The position numbers were made by a program, and so were the translations under genes. Shown here piece by piece: positions 28,046 to 38,000 of a DNA stretch of 64,000 nucleotides (position 1 is the stretch's first letter; the number at the start of each line of letters is the position of its first letter). Below the pieces are notes generated by a model. The model was not told the DNA's origin and did not search any database. It worked only from the letters and a program-made list of their open reading frames with translations. The stretch is from a virus. The stretch is taken from positions 25,929-89,928 of IMG/VR virus record IMGVR_UViG_3300025030_000068. One strand, given 5' to 3'.

Positions 28046-31000
28046 GGCAACGCCTCCACAAGAACATTGTTAATTAGCGTCGTAGGAGTAATGCTGCTGG
28101 TATCTGTAAGGAAAAGGTAGCTAAAGTCTGTGTAAGTGGCATCGTTGTACGTTATAACTGTCGTTCCGCCTATTTTTCCGATGAGGTCTCCGTTATCGTG
28201 CAATTCAAACCGGATAACACGGTTGGCAGATGATTGTGTTATTGCCTGAGACGCAACGATTGTCCCATTTTTCAGAATCAAGGCCATTCCGAAAGGCGTA
28301 AGTTCTATGTCAATTTCATTTGAAAATGCCAGACCATAACTGCCTGTTGCACCGTGCGTACTACTACTCCCCACACCAATTTCTGTACTGGTCCAATCAT
28401 CTTCTCCCGTTGCAAGGGGCATCTGTAAATCAATCTCAACTGCAAATCCCCGCACCATTGCCGTCGGGGTTCGCACCGCCTCTCCAATAGCGTTGAAGAG
28501 CAGCTTACTGCTCGAAATTGATGGTGATCCGGTCGATGTCCAAGGGGCCGGGACGGCACCATCCGAATAAGTGAAGAGGTCGACGAATGAGTTAGCCCCA
28601 ACTGCCGTCACTCCCAGCGTCCCATACGCCGAAGTCATCGACTGACTAGCAATCGTGATCGTCGCCGCTCCTGCCGGTGCGCTAACTGCCAAGCCCCCAT
28701 AACTGGAGGTCATCGACTGTGCATCCAGCGTAATAGTCACCGGCCCGCCTGCGGCCAAAACGCCAATAGCGCCATAGGCCGAAACCATCTCCTGCGCGGT
28801 CATACCGATGGTCTGTGGGCCTGCCGGTGCTGAGGGAGCAAAGCCGCCATAGGCCAGCGTCATCGACTGCCCGCTCATACTGATTGTCGGGCCGAGGGAC
28901 AGCCAGCCTGCACCGCACTCGATGTTGCTGTCGTTGATGCCGATGCTGTCGAGGTAGGTGTTGACAGAGTTGTACTGAACATGGAGCTCATCACAGATAG
29001 CGCTATCACCGCGTGCTGGCAACGTCCCACCCCAGGCAATCCATTGCTCGATGGAGATGGAGAGGAGTGGCTGTTTGCTTGATGCCAGGTCGTAGACCGC
29101 TTTCACCGCCGCGCTGTTGGCCGCCGTGGTCGAGCTGTCAGAATTGGTCGCGCTGGATAACTCCGACTCTTTGATGATGGCGGCGTCGGCGGATTCGGCA
29201 CCGATCGTGCCGGGAGTCAGTGCAGCAATGGCGCCACTGGCTATGGGGTCGGACTCCTCTTGTAACACGGCCTGCCACCCCGTTTCCGTAGCAGTTTTTC
29301 GCGTGCTGGTTGTCGTATCAAAGACCGTGGTTCCCTTTTGTATCTCGGTGTGGGCTGGCAAGGCCGCAGTAGTAAAGAATGCGTCTGTCATACCATACCC
29401 GACTGTCACGGCCCCACGGCGATGGATCAATCCGGCATCGATACCGTTGACTATCCCCATGTAGTAAAATTTGCAGCGCCTTGCATCGGCATGGCCGTAA
29501 CCGTAATTGATCCTGACGCGCAGTTCGAGCTTACGAGTTGCTACGGCATCAGTTAAAAAGGATAGGTTAATAAACTCGGCTTGACCACTTGGCATGACAT
29601 TATACTGAGTATCAGCCGCCGCCCATGTCTGCGAGTCCCAATCATAATATTGATTATTAACCGCGTCTCTCAACTGTATCTGCAAAAAGACGCTCGGTGG
29701 GACTTTTAGGGCGACTTGAGCATAGAGCGTGCTGTTAATTGGCACTGCTGCTGCCGACCCATACGCAGTGATTCCGTTTGTTTCGACCCCATCCGGTATA
29801 AATTCAACGTGGCAGCTTTTATTCTTGGCTGCGACGTGAGAGACGGCAGGATTAAAAAGGTTTCCAGTTGGGTACGAGACTGTAGACACTGCCCCCTCAA
29901 TAATCGTTACGGCGGCAGGGTTAGAATCATCGAGATAATTGACCCTCGCCGTATCAGTACTGACAGGCAAATCCCCCCATACCTTGATCTGTGTTCTAAT
30001 AATATTCCGGCCGTCATTGTCAATGACAGTTTTGCGAGATTCCGCGTTTGACGGATCAGTATAGTGGCTGCCAGTTGACAATAAAATCGTATTACCCTGA
30101 TTCCCGACATCAATCACTGTCTGACCATAGACTCCGGTCATGTCGATTATGTTTGAGTGAGATTCCTGCCGCCCTGCTCCTGAAGTGAGGTCCTTAGTAA
30201 TATGGAAAACAGGTGCGGAATTATTTGTCGGGTCAGTCCCTCCGAAAATTTTAACGCCGCAAATCCCACTCAGTTCTAGTCCGGGATTACTCCCCTCGTA
30301 ATATCCACCGTAGACGCGGATTGACGGGGAAAAATAGGCTTGGGCGCGAGATGTCCCGCCGTCGCTACCGCCGCGCAATAGAATGCCGCCGAGGTCATTT
30401 CCCTCAGCCCATGGAGAGAATAAATCTGCACCGATAACGCGACTCAGTTCAAGCCCCCTCCCCACATTAAAGTAGGCCTTAATTCTTCTGAGATCGATTT
30501 GCTGTGACGACTGAAACAGGAAACCCGTACCGCCACTGAATGACGCAACCACGCTGTCATAAGTATTGCCCCACCCAGAAAGCTCAACGAGTGCCGAAGT
30601 TCCTGGGTTGAGCTGTGCGCCGCCCCACGAAGCGGGCGGGTTATTTCCGTTAAATCTTACGCCACGGATTCCGGCTGAGTATTGCGTTGAGTCATATAAA
30701 AGCCGAGTATTCTCACCCGACGCCAACTTGAATTCGCTGACTGTTTCGTCGCCATAAATCCACACGTTATTTAAGGCTGAGAATCCTGCGACTTCACCAC
30801 CGAACATCGTTGTTACGTAGACACCAGGATCGACATAAAGCGGATTTTTACTGGATGCGCCATAGTTCCACCACGCCTTAATCGCTTCAAAATTTGACAC
30901 CTTGTCAGTATCTAAGCCAGTGCCTTTGGCTCCGAACCAACGCAAATGGACAGTCCCAGAATAATCGCGCAACCACCTCACCGAGCCATCCCCGCCAGTC

Positions 31001-31797
31001 GACACAAGGATTGTTCCGTTGTTGTCAACGAAAGTGCCAGTGTCTTTACGGAAGTTACCACCTCCACCATCTCCCGCCGTGGTATGCCCTTCGACGTAAA
31101 CCACCGTAGCCGAGCCGGTGTAATCGCGCAGGGCTTGGATGCTGGCAACGTGGGGGACAAGAGCTGGAAGGTTGGCTTTTTCGTCGGCGGTAGGAAACCG
31201 GGCATCATCAAACGCTGCAACCGTATCACCGATGGATTCTGGCTGCAGAGCCGTGGCCGCCAGGGCAATATTGGTCTGCTCCGTAGTGGTCGTGCCATGC
31301 TGGACCGTGGATGCGTGGGAAGAAATCGCCCCGGCGACGGAGGGATCGGTCTCGGCTTGCAGCGCCGTATCCGCTGTTGCTCCCTGGGCGGCGGTGGCGA
31401 AATCAACAGGATCAAAGCTGGCAGCGGGGGAGGCGGCAAAGATCGGATCAGCTTCCACCTCAATGCCTACCGGACCTTCTTGATCGGTTCCGCATGTAAA
31501 GTTTCCGGTGGCAGTGTCAAAGGCGATCACTTTATCCGTGCCGGTGCAGGTGACCGAGTTGACGACCGTCCCGGCACCCCCTAGCGCCGCTTCCAGCCCA
31601 TCGATGTCCGCGATGGCATGCCCGTGCCCCAGCAGCGAGAAGTAGGTCGTCAGCTGGAGGCCATACATGACGCCGGCCCGGTCCACAAGCACCTCATCGG
31701 TCGACTGCAGCGGTCCGGGAATCGGAGTGTACAGGCTGGCGCTGGCGGTGGCCGCCCAGAACAGGATAGTGATCAATAATCGCAGGGTACTCCTCAT
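28042..31797 (-). CDS. mosaic tailspike/fibre protein with pectate-lyase-like beta-helix and Sec signal peptide
   Basis: MRSTLRLLITILFWAATASA signal; GDGGGG.F, WFGAKG, LYVDPGVY; SSATNSDSSTTAANSAAVKAVYD fibre repeat. Confidence 0.75.
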   Translation of the reverse strand: MRSTLRLLITILFWAATASASLYTPIPGPLQSTDEVLVDRAGVMYGLQLTTYFSLLGHGHAIADIDGLEAALGGAGTVVNSVTCTGTDKVIAFDTATGNFTCGTDQEGPVGIEVEADPIFAASPAASFDPVDFATAAQGATADTALQAETDPSVAGAISSHASTVQHGTTTTEQTNIALAATALQPESIGDTVAAFDDARFPTADEKANLPALVPHVASIQALRDYTGSATVVYVEGHTTAGDGGGGNFRKDTGTFVDNNGTILVSTGGDGSVRWLRDYSGTVHLRWFGAKGTGLDTDKVSNFEAIKAWWNYGASSKNPLYVDPGVYVTTMFGGEVAGFSALNNVWIYGDETVSEFKLASGENTRLLYDSTQYSAGIRGVRFNGNNPPASWGGAQLNPGTSALVELSGWGNTYDSVVASFSGGTGFLFQSSQQIDLRRIKAYFNVGRGLELSRVIGADLFSPWAEGNDLGGILLRGGSDGGTSRAQAYFSPSIRVYGGYYEGSNPGLELSGICGVKIFGGTDPTNNSAPVFHITKDLTSGAGRQESHSNIIDMTGVYGQTVIDVGNQGNTILLSTGSHYTDPSNAESRKTVIDNDGRNIIRTQIKVWGDLPVSTDTARVNYLDDSNPAAVTIIEGAVSTVSYPTGNLFNPAVSHVAAKNKSCHVEFIPDGVETNGITAYGSAAAVPINSTLYAQVALKVPPSVFLQIQLRDAVNNQYYDWDSQTWAAADTQYNVMPSGQAEFINLSFLTDAVATRKLELRVRINYGYGHADARRCKFYYMGIVNGIDAGLIHRRGAVTVGYGMTDAFFTTAALPAHTEIQKGTTVFDTTTSTRKTATETGWQAVLQEESDPIASGAIAALTPGTIGAESADAAIIKESELSSATNSDSSTTAANSAAVKAVYDLASSKQPLLSISIEQWIAWGGTLPARGDSAICDELHVQYNSVNTYLDSIGINDSNIECGAGWLSLGPTISMSGQSMTLAYGGFAPSAPAGPQTIGMTAQEMVSAYGAIGVLAAGGPVTITLDAQSMTSSYGGLAVSAPAGAATITIASQSMTSAYGTLGVTAVGANSFVDLFTYSDGAVPAPWTSTGSPSISSSKLLFNAIGEAVRTPTAMVRGFAVEIDLQMPLATGEDDWTSTEIGVGSSSTHGATGSYGLAFSNEIDIELTPFGMALILKNGTIVASQAITQSSANRVIRFELHDNGDLIGKIGGTTVITYNDATYTDFSYLFLTDTSSITPTTLINNVLVEALP

Positions 31798-32777
31798 GCC
31801 CAGGTTCCTCTCATGATTTCAACGAGCCAAATGTTGTCGTTCAGCCCGGTTAATTTCAGCATGACGCCGGCAGCGGCAATACTTGTCAGGGTGATGCCGA
31901 TGGCCGACAGCGTGCCGTTCTGCAGGAGTAGTCGGTCGTCACCGGATAGTTGCACCGAGACGGCATTGTTCGACAGTCCGACGTAAATGTGGCTGATGCC
32001 GACCGCGCAGGCAGGGACGACGAATGCTTGCGCTCCGGTGGCGGTATGCACCGTTGAGCTGCCAATAGCGAGATCGCCGCTGCCGAGCAGGCTCTGGCCG
32101 TTGATGGTTTTGATGTTGGTACCGGAGACTAACGCGGGCTGCATAAGGACGAGCTGGTCGACGAAGTCCTCGGCACTGACCGCGCCGACGTCCGCCGCCG
32201 TCAGGGTGACGATGCCAACCTGCCCATTGACGCTGCCGACCGCGCCGCCCTCGACCAGGATACCGTCGATGGCCGCCGTGATATCCTCGGTGGTCGCGAG
32301 ATTGTCGGGCAGGCTCTGGATGACCGGGTTCCCGTCGTAGTAGAGAAGTCCGCCGACAATCGCGAATTTATCAAGAATGATGGTATGTTGGAGGATGTGC
32401 TGTTGGAACGCTGTGAGTTCCTGCGTCGTCAGTTCTCCGCCTCCCGCGCGAAAATCAAACCACTTGACCGGGCTGAGGTCGCCGCTATTCAGATTGGCGG
32501 CAAAGGACGGCTGCCCCATGATGCTGCAGAGGTATTGCCGTCCTCCTTCGCCGCGATCTGTTGGCCACAGGGACAGCGAGAATTCCCCTGATATGTTCGT
32601 GTAGACTGTATGCCGCCGGCTGACCACTTTTTCTTGGCTGATCAAATCAAAGGAGTCGGTGGGGATGAATCCCTTAACCAGACAGAACTCGATCTTCGCG
32701 CCGACAATCAGGTTGCCCGCCGAGTCGACGAGCGGTTGCCCGGCATTATTGATCTCGCGTGTGATAAGCGGTGGCAT
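31794..32777 (-). CDS. tail fibre-like protein
   Basis: GSVNGQVGIVTL and LVSGTNIKTINGQSLLGSGDL fibre motifs. Confidence 0.7.
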   Translation of the reverse strand: MPPLITREINNAGQPLVDSAGNLIVGAKIEFCLVKGFIPTDSFDLISQEKVVSRRHTVYTNISGEFSLSLWPTDRGEGGRQYLCSIMGQPSFAANLNSGDLSPVKWFDFRAGGGELTTQELTAFQQHILQHTIILDKFAIVGGLLYYDGNPVIQSLPDNLATTEDITAAIDGILVEGGAVGSVNGQVGIVTLTAADVGAVSAEDFVDQLVLMQPALVSGTNIKTINGQSLLGSGDLAIGSSTVHTATGAQAFVVPACAVGISHIYVGLSNNAVSVQLSGDDRLLLQNGTLSAIGITLTSIAAAGVMLKLTGLNDNIWLVEIMRGTWA

Positions 32778-32809
32778 AGGTTATCCCTTGCTGTGGCGGT
32801 TAGACGTTG

Positions 32810-33106
32810 TTACTTCGTCGAGTCCTTGATCTTCTGGACGGCCATTTCAATGGCCGCATTGACAAGGCTGGTGCCGACGTTGACTCCAACAATAATTCCC
32901 TGTTTCTGCAGGTCTCTGGTGATGAGTTGCAGGGCTGCGTCCCGCTTCTCGCTGGAACTGGCACCGCTGTAGTTTGCGGCAACGATCTTGACAGCAGCCA
33001 GTGCGGCCTTGGCAAGAATCGGCCCTGCGTCACGCGCCATCTGGCGCAGGAAGGGGAGGCAGAAATCGAAAATGCTGGTCATGGCAAGCTTCATTTTTTC
33101 CCACAT
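32810..33106 (-). CDS. holin-like/lysis-cassette protein
   Basis: SSEKRDAA...VNAAIEMAV motif seen in LL-H-type holins; within the lysis cluster. Confidence 0.5.
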   Translation of the reverse strand: MWEKMKLAMTSIFDFCLPFLRQMARDAGPILAKAALAAVKIVAANYSGASSSEKRDAALQLITRDLQKQGIIVGVNVGTSLVNAAIEMAVQKIKDSTK

Positions 33107-33203
33107 GGCTTGAGTCTCCTTTTGAGTTTGTTGAGTATTTTTAGCAGCCAGACGTCAATGTTCAGCCGCCATGTGTGGCTGATGCGGAGCGGGTTGCGTG
33201 GTA

Positions 33204-33455
33204 TCACGGTGCGGTGGCCTTGACCGCCTCGGTGTTCTTGTCGATCTTGCGTCCGATGCCGATCATGCCCAGGCCCCCCGAGATTGACAGCACGCACTGC
33301 TCGATGCTCATGGAAAGGTCGACGGGGACCATATCCGGCCAGGCAATACGGACGAAGCCCACGAGGCCGAGCATGATCAGGGCGACGCCTGCGACTTTCG
33401 TCCGGTAGCTCTCCGGGACATATTTGCCGACAAACTGTAAAATTTTCTCTTTCAT
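33204..33455 (-). CDS. holin (2 TM)
   Basis: Two TM helices, basic C-terminus; follows the endolysin; GGAGG RBS. Confidence 0.7.
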   Translation of the reverse strand: MKEKILQFVGKYVPESYRTKVAGVALIMLGLVGFVRIAWPDMVPVDLSMSIEQCVLSISGGLGMIGIGRKIDKNTEAVKATAP

Positions 33456-33465
33456 GTGGCCTCCC

Positions 33466-33987
33466 TTAAATTCTGACGTAGCAAACAACAGCACCGGGTG
33501 AAGTCCTGCGCTTCTCCCAGACACCATCTCCTGTGGTGCTCTCTCGATCCCCGGCTCCATTGGTATTCCCTTCAACTGTCGTAATGTGGTCGAAGCACAT
33601 GTGCTGGTCAGCGACTACGATGCCGATGTGCCCGCCTCCTTGCTGTGCTCCGTTGAAGTCGAAGATCACGAAGTCGCCGGCCTTGGCCAGTTCGGTCTTG
33701 GCGATGATCTCGCAGCCGTTCTTGCGGCCCCACGTCTCCCATCCAAATGCGCTGGCGTCTTGGCAGCGGGATAATTTGATCTCTGGGAAGAATGCGAGGG
33801 CTTCCCGGAGTACCCAGCAGCACAGCGCAGCACACCAAGGCCATGAAGCCGGCGCCAGCCATGTCGCCATCATGTACTGACGGATCTGGGCGCCGTTGTT
33901 GTTGCCGCCGACTTCGCGAGTTCCGACTTGCGACAACGCGATCTCGACGATCTTGGCACGGAGTTGCTGCTTTTGTTCGGGCGTCAT
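33466..33987 (-). CDS. CHAP-domain endolysin
   Basis: WPWCAA (Cys), GHIGIV (His), TVEGNT. Confidence 0.9.
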   Translation of the reverse strand: MTPEQKQQLRAKIVEIALSQVGTREVGGNNNGAQIRQYMMATWLAPASWPWCAALCCWVLREALAFFPEIKLSRCQDASAFGWETWGRKNGCEIIAKTELAKAGDFVIFDFNGAQQGGGHIGIVVADQHMCFDHITTVEGNTNGAGDRESTTGDGVWEKRRTSPGAVVCYVRI

Positions 33988-34051
33988 GGCTTCTTACCTC
34001 TTGCGTCCTCGTGGCGCTGCGTTGACATAGGGAACACTCCGGCCACAAACT

Positions 34052-34663
34052 TTACCAGCCGGTCTCGATGTCGTAGGCGTCGATAGTCTCGATGGTTCCG
34101 AGTGCCTCAATGGCTTCGGCATGTGCCCGCTCGGCGGTGAAGTGCGCCTGCACATGGCTACTGACGGCTGCGGCAATCTGCATAACCATCGGTGCGCCGA
34201 TCTTGATCCAGCCGTCAGCGCCCTTGAAGTCAATCTGTCGTGTCGGATCAATCTGCACTGCGACGTAGGCACCTGTAATCATCGCTTGGCTGGCACGGTC
34301 CGTCATGATCGTAGCCGGTCCAATGATGAGCCCTGCAGTCTCACGCTGGTAGCGGGCTGCGGCCAGAGCGGCGAGCTTATCTTCTTTGGCGCTGGCCAGT
34401 GTCCGGGCTGGCGGCTCCTCGTTGTAGGGCCGAGCTTGCCCGTGGAATTTTATGGAGCGACCCTTGCTCTGCCATTCCATCAAAGACTGGTACTCCTCCT
34501 CGGAGAGTTCTTTGGCATCGAGTGGGATCAGACAGTTGGGATTTGGAACCATGTATCTGTCAACGACGGCTCCTTCTCCATCGGTGTCGACCTGCTCTAT
34601 TTCCCGTTCGCCGTGAATGGTGGTATCGAAAAAACCCGATTTTGTCGCTGAGAAGTATTTCAT
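34052..34663 (-). CDS. tail fibre assembly protein (DUF4376-like)
   Basis: MKYFS...GFFD..IHG; RYQRETAG...TDR.SQ...F.AE. Confidence 0.8.
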   Translation of the reverse strand: MKYFSATKSGFFDTTIHGEREIEQVDTDGEGAVVDRYMVPNPNCLIPLDAKELSEEEYQSLMEWQSKGRSIKFHGQARPYNEEPPARTLASAKEDKLAALAAARYQRETAGLIIGPATIMTDRASQAMITGAYVAVQIDPTRQIDFKGADGWIKIGAPMVMQIAAAVSSHVQAHFTAERAHAEAIEALGTIETIDAYDIETGW

Positions 34664-34674
34664 GGCTGACTCCT

Positions 34675-35379
34675 TTAAACTCCAATCGCAATAAAATCGA
34701 GGACTTTTCCAGCGTCAGCAGCTGTCCACGTAAAATAGGAAGGTGCTTTGCCGGTAATTGTGTGCGTATGGGGAGGATAATTCCCGCCGTTTGTTTGTGT
34801 CGCAACGACGGCTAGGCAGGCACTGGGAAATGCGGTAGGGAAATAAGTGGTCCCACTACTCGTTGATCCCCACTGGATCATAAATCCTTGCGGTGTCTTA
34901 AAATATCCGTTGTAAGTGAGATAATGAGCGAAGGCGTTAATGTGGTTGGTGGCATTGGTGGCAGAACCAACCACCATCGCCGCTCTGGATGCCAGAAAAC
35001 CGTTGCCGTTGGAATCCGCACCCCACAAGTATGTCGGGTTATTGTGCGAATTTGCCCAACTGAAATGCTGCCCGTCGACTGTATCCGCATTGCCGGCACT
35101 GGTTGCCGATGTCGCGTTGCCGCTCAATGCTGCGGTGATGACCCTTGTGGAAAAGTCTCCGTTGGCATCGCGCAGAACCAGCCGGCTTCCGACGTTTGAA
35201 GCGGTCGCGCTGTGGGGATTGGTCAGCGCCGCATGTACGGCAGCCGCAAGTTTGTTGAACTCCGTGCGGTTGGCGAGGATCTGCATCAGTTCTTCGAGGA
35301 TGGCCTGATTCAGCTCGTCGCCGTCAATGATGGACTTGACGGGTGAAGTGAATTCATTGACGGGTGTCAGGTTCTTCAT
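34675..35379 (-). CDS. short tail fibre protein
   Basis: LANRT, GNATSAT, NADTVDG; C-terminal GF.IQWG...FPTAFP...IAIG. Confidence 0.8.
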   Translation of the reverse strand: MKNLTPVNEFTSPVKSIIDGDELNQAILEELMQILANRTEFNKLAAAVHAALTNPHSATASNVGSRLVLRDANGDFSTRVITAALSGNATSATSAGNADTVDGQHFSWANSHNNPTYLWGADSNGNGFLASRAAMVVGSATNATNHINAFAHYLTYNGYFKTPQGFMIQWGSTSSGTTYFPTAFPSACLAVVATQTNGGNYPPHTHTITGKAPSYFTWTAADAGKVLDFIAIGV

Positions 35380-35391
35380 CGGTGCCTCCGG

Positions 35392-35847
35392 CTATTGAAC
35401 CGAGATCGTCCATTCGACGGTGATTTTGTACAGCGTCGACTTGGTGATCGGGGTGATAATAACTCTTGAAAAAAGGATCTCGGTGGCGTCCGATTTGAGG
35501 CCGAGTTCTTGGTAGGTGAAGCTGCCGCCCTCGTTCCCTTCCATCGTCGTCGCGAACATGACCTTGTTATAGGCCGGATAGGTGACGGTGACCGCCTTCT
35601 CAAACTGCTCGTCGATCAGGGCGGTGTCGGCGGTCGCGGCTGCTTGGTTCGACGTACCGAACGCCATCTTGGTGATGTGCTCTAGGTTTTTATAGCTGGC
35701 ATCGCCGCCGAGAAGCTTGGCGACCAGAGTCTTTCCCCCATTCACAATCAAATTCTGGATGTCCCGCTCCTCAACCAGTGTTCCGTCGAGGGTTCGCACG
35801 GAAATCTTTAAGTCGCCGCGCAGGCCGATCATTTCACCGATGTTCAT
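35392..35847 (-). CDS. baseplate/tail-collar protein
   Basis: NLIVNGG...MAFGT...DTAL...ELGL...LFSR. Confidence 0.7.
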   Translation of the reverse strand: MNIGEMIGLRGDLKISVRTLDGTLVEERDIQNLIVNGGKTLVAKLLGGDASYKNLEHITKMAFGTSNQAAATADTALIDEQFEKAVTVTYPAYNKVMFATTMEGNEGGSFTYQELGLKSDATEILFSRVIITPITKSTLYKITVEWTISVQ

Positions 35848-35848
35848 C

Positions 35849-36859
35849 CTATCCTCCGTAAAGTCCGGTCGCGACGATGCTGCCATCGGCGACGAGAATG
35901 GTTTTCACTGCGATCTGTTCTTTGATGGCGTCATTGGTCCCACATAGCAGTCCCGGCGTCCCGCAAATCCATCCGGTACCGCAGATAATTGCGCCCGGAA
36001 GGAATGTGTCGTCGATGCCGGCGTTGATCGATGCGCCGACCGTCTCAGTAATCGACACGTTTTCGCTGATTGCGTTGAGCTTGCTCAGGACGGTCTGCAG
36101 GAAGTCGGTCCCGGCGGCCTTGTTCTTCCGCACCACGGCCTTCATGCGGTCAATCAGGAGCAGGGCTTCTTCCGCCGACAAGTCGTTCGGGACGGCAAGG
36201 TCGAGCAGGAAGCGTCCGGCGGCTTCGGCTTGGTCTTCTGGCGGCAGCTCGGCAACATTGGGCAGGGCATCGCGCACAGTGCAAATCATCCCGAAGGCTT
36301 CCGCGATGATGTTCTCCAGTGCCACATTGTTGCTGCGCGGCCTTATCGCTTCGGCGATGGCCCGGTTCAGAAAGGTTGCGTCGCTCTCTCCGGCGACCCG
36401 GTAGGTGCCAAAGAGGTCGCCCCACTCCTCCGCCCAGGTGCCGGTGGCGGAGTGCAGGTAGAGCTGCTTGGTGGCGTCGTCGATGCGATCTCGCTGGTTG
36501 TCCAGTTCCCATGCGCTGGTCTTGAGTTCCGACCAGAGCAGCGACTGGTGATAGCCGATGGATTCTCCCGACTGCGCCGTCCCCTGTTCGACAATCCCTC
36601 GCGCCAGCATGGTTCCGTACTGGCCGTCGTAGAGGACGGTGGTGAAGCCCTTGACTTGCAGGGCGGCAAGGAAATCGTTGACCGTGCCCGTTTCAAGGCT
36701 GATCGTCGTCGTTCCGGTGGCGTCGGTCGTCAGACACCGCAGGCCGACAATGCGAAAGGTGGCACCGTCCTTAGTGATCGTTGCGATCTCGACACGCTGC
36801 GGCGATTTATTCCATACGGAGTTCAGCCGGGCTAGGACTCGTTCGAAGGCGCCCATCAT
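35849..36859 (-). CDS. baseplate wedge protein (gpI-like)
   Basis: ATG.W.EEWG..FG..R..GESD motif; follows baseplate J. Confidence 0.7.
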   Translation of the reverse strand: MMGAFERVLARLNSVWNKSPQRVEIATITKDGATFRIVGLRCLTTDATGTTTISLETGTVNDFLAALQVKGFTTVLYDGQYGTMLARGIVEQGTAQSGESIGYHQSLLWSELKTSAWELDNQRDRIDDATKQLYLHSATGTWAEEWGDLFGTYRVAGESDATFLNRAIAEAIRPRSNNVALENIIAEAFGMICTVRDALPNVAELPPEDQAEAAGRFLLDLAVPNDLSAEEALLLIDRMKAVVRKNKAAGTDFLQTVLSKLNAISENVSITETVGASINAGIDDTFLPGAIICGTGWICGTPGLLCGTNDAIKEQIAVKTILVADGSIVATGLYGG

Positions 36860-37956
36860 GTCACCGTAATCGTGCCGGGGATGAGCACTTGCGTGTCGGT
36901 GATGGTGACGTCGGCGGCAGGAACCGACACGTCGCAGTTTGTCACGCCGTCGACCGCCATCGTCAGCTGCACCAGTTCCGCCCAGATCAAATCGTCTCCG
37001 ACCTTGAGCGTGGCGAAGTAGGCCAAGATCGCCTCTTCAATGGCTTCGGCAGCTCCGCTGGCGCTGGCAGACTGCGTCGTCGCGATGGTCACATCCTGTG
37101 CGACCGGCGTGGCGGAGACGGCGGTGACGACGACCCCGGCAGCTTTGTATCCGGCAATCTTCACGCCGTTGTCGTCGACATAACCGTCGATGATCTTCTG
37201 CGCTTCGGTAATCAGTCCCGCCGAGGCGGTTCCGACGCCGTTGTAGATAACGCAATCCGCGATGGCCTGCCCGGTCAGGATCGTCTTGGCCGAGACCACT
37301 TGCTCGGTGACAACTCCCTCCACCAGCAGCCGGGCCGTGGTGGCGCCGTATTCAATAGCGGTATCGGTGGCCCGCGACAGATTGAGGACGTAGTTGGCAA
37401 AGCGTTCGCGTCGGCTGGATTCTGTTTCGCGTTCGGCGCCATTCGAGAATGACAGCGGGTTGCTGACTGCGGTGATTCCGGGGATGGTCGTCTTTAGAAC
37501 CGTAATGGTGGCGGCGCCCGTGTTCCCGGTGGTCCCGGCAGTGGTACAGGCAACGTTGATGCTGGTGGTCGCTTGCCCGGCCAAGATCGTCCCGTCGGCG
37601 ACGGTGACGAAGACCTTCTCGGCGATGGTGGCGGTGGCGGTGGTCGCAACTCGCGTGCCGGCAGGAATATTGATGTCGCTACCGGGGACTGGATTCGCGG
37701 TAAAAGTCACGGCCCCAGCGGCTTTGCTCGCCGGCAGCAGGGAGAAAGTAAAGGCTTGATAGACTGCGACCGGGATCGCCTTCTTGACTGCCGCATAGAA
37801 CTGGTAGTCCTGCTCCTCCATTTCAACGGCAATGGCCTCGAACTTGGTGCGGAGCTTGGAGCCGACGACCAGATCGGTCACGGTACTGCAAATACCCGTG
37901 AACCAGCCGACCATGCGGGAAACTCTGATGTCTGCCTTGATAATCTCGAATGCCAT
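36856..37956 (-). CDS. baseplate J-like protein
   Basis: A.GAVTF, IPAGT.V, GTTGN, NG.ERE...RRER, YKAAGV. Confidence 0.9.
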   Translation of the reverse strand: MAFEIIKADIRVSRMVGWFTGICSTVTDLVVGSKLRTKFEAIAVEMEEQDYQFYAAVKKAIPVAVYQAFTFSLLPASKAAGAVTFTANPVPGSDINIPAGTRVATTATATIAEKVFVTVADGTILAGQATTSINVACTTAGTTGNTGAATITVLKTTIPGITAVSNPLSFSNGAERETESSRRERFANYVLNLSRATDTAIEYGATTARLLVEGVVTEQVVSAKTILTGQAIADCVIYNGVGTASAGLITEAQKIIDGYVDDNGVKIAGYKAAGVVVTAVSATPVAQDVTIATTQSASASGAAEAIEEAILAYFATLKVGDDLIWAELVQLTMAVDGVTNCDVSVPAADVTITDTQVLIPGTITVT

Positions 37957-37963
37957 GCCGGTA

Positions 37964-37991
37964 TCTTAACCTCTCGCGTTTCCTATATCAA
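37964..37991 (-). promoter_or_regulatory. sigma70-like promoter with overlapping operator-like copy
   Basis: Minus strand TTGATA-17 bp-TAAGAT upstream of baseplate J. Confidence 0.5.
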
Positions 37992-38000
37992 AGAATTTGC

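Noticed and set aside
28042-35379. Diversity-generating retroelement or invertible tail-fibre system
   Set aside because: No reverse transcriptase, invertase or template/variable repeat pair was seen in the window.
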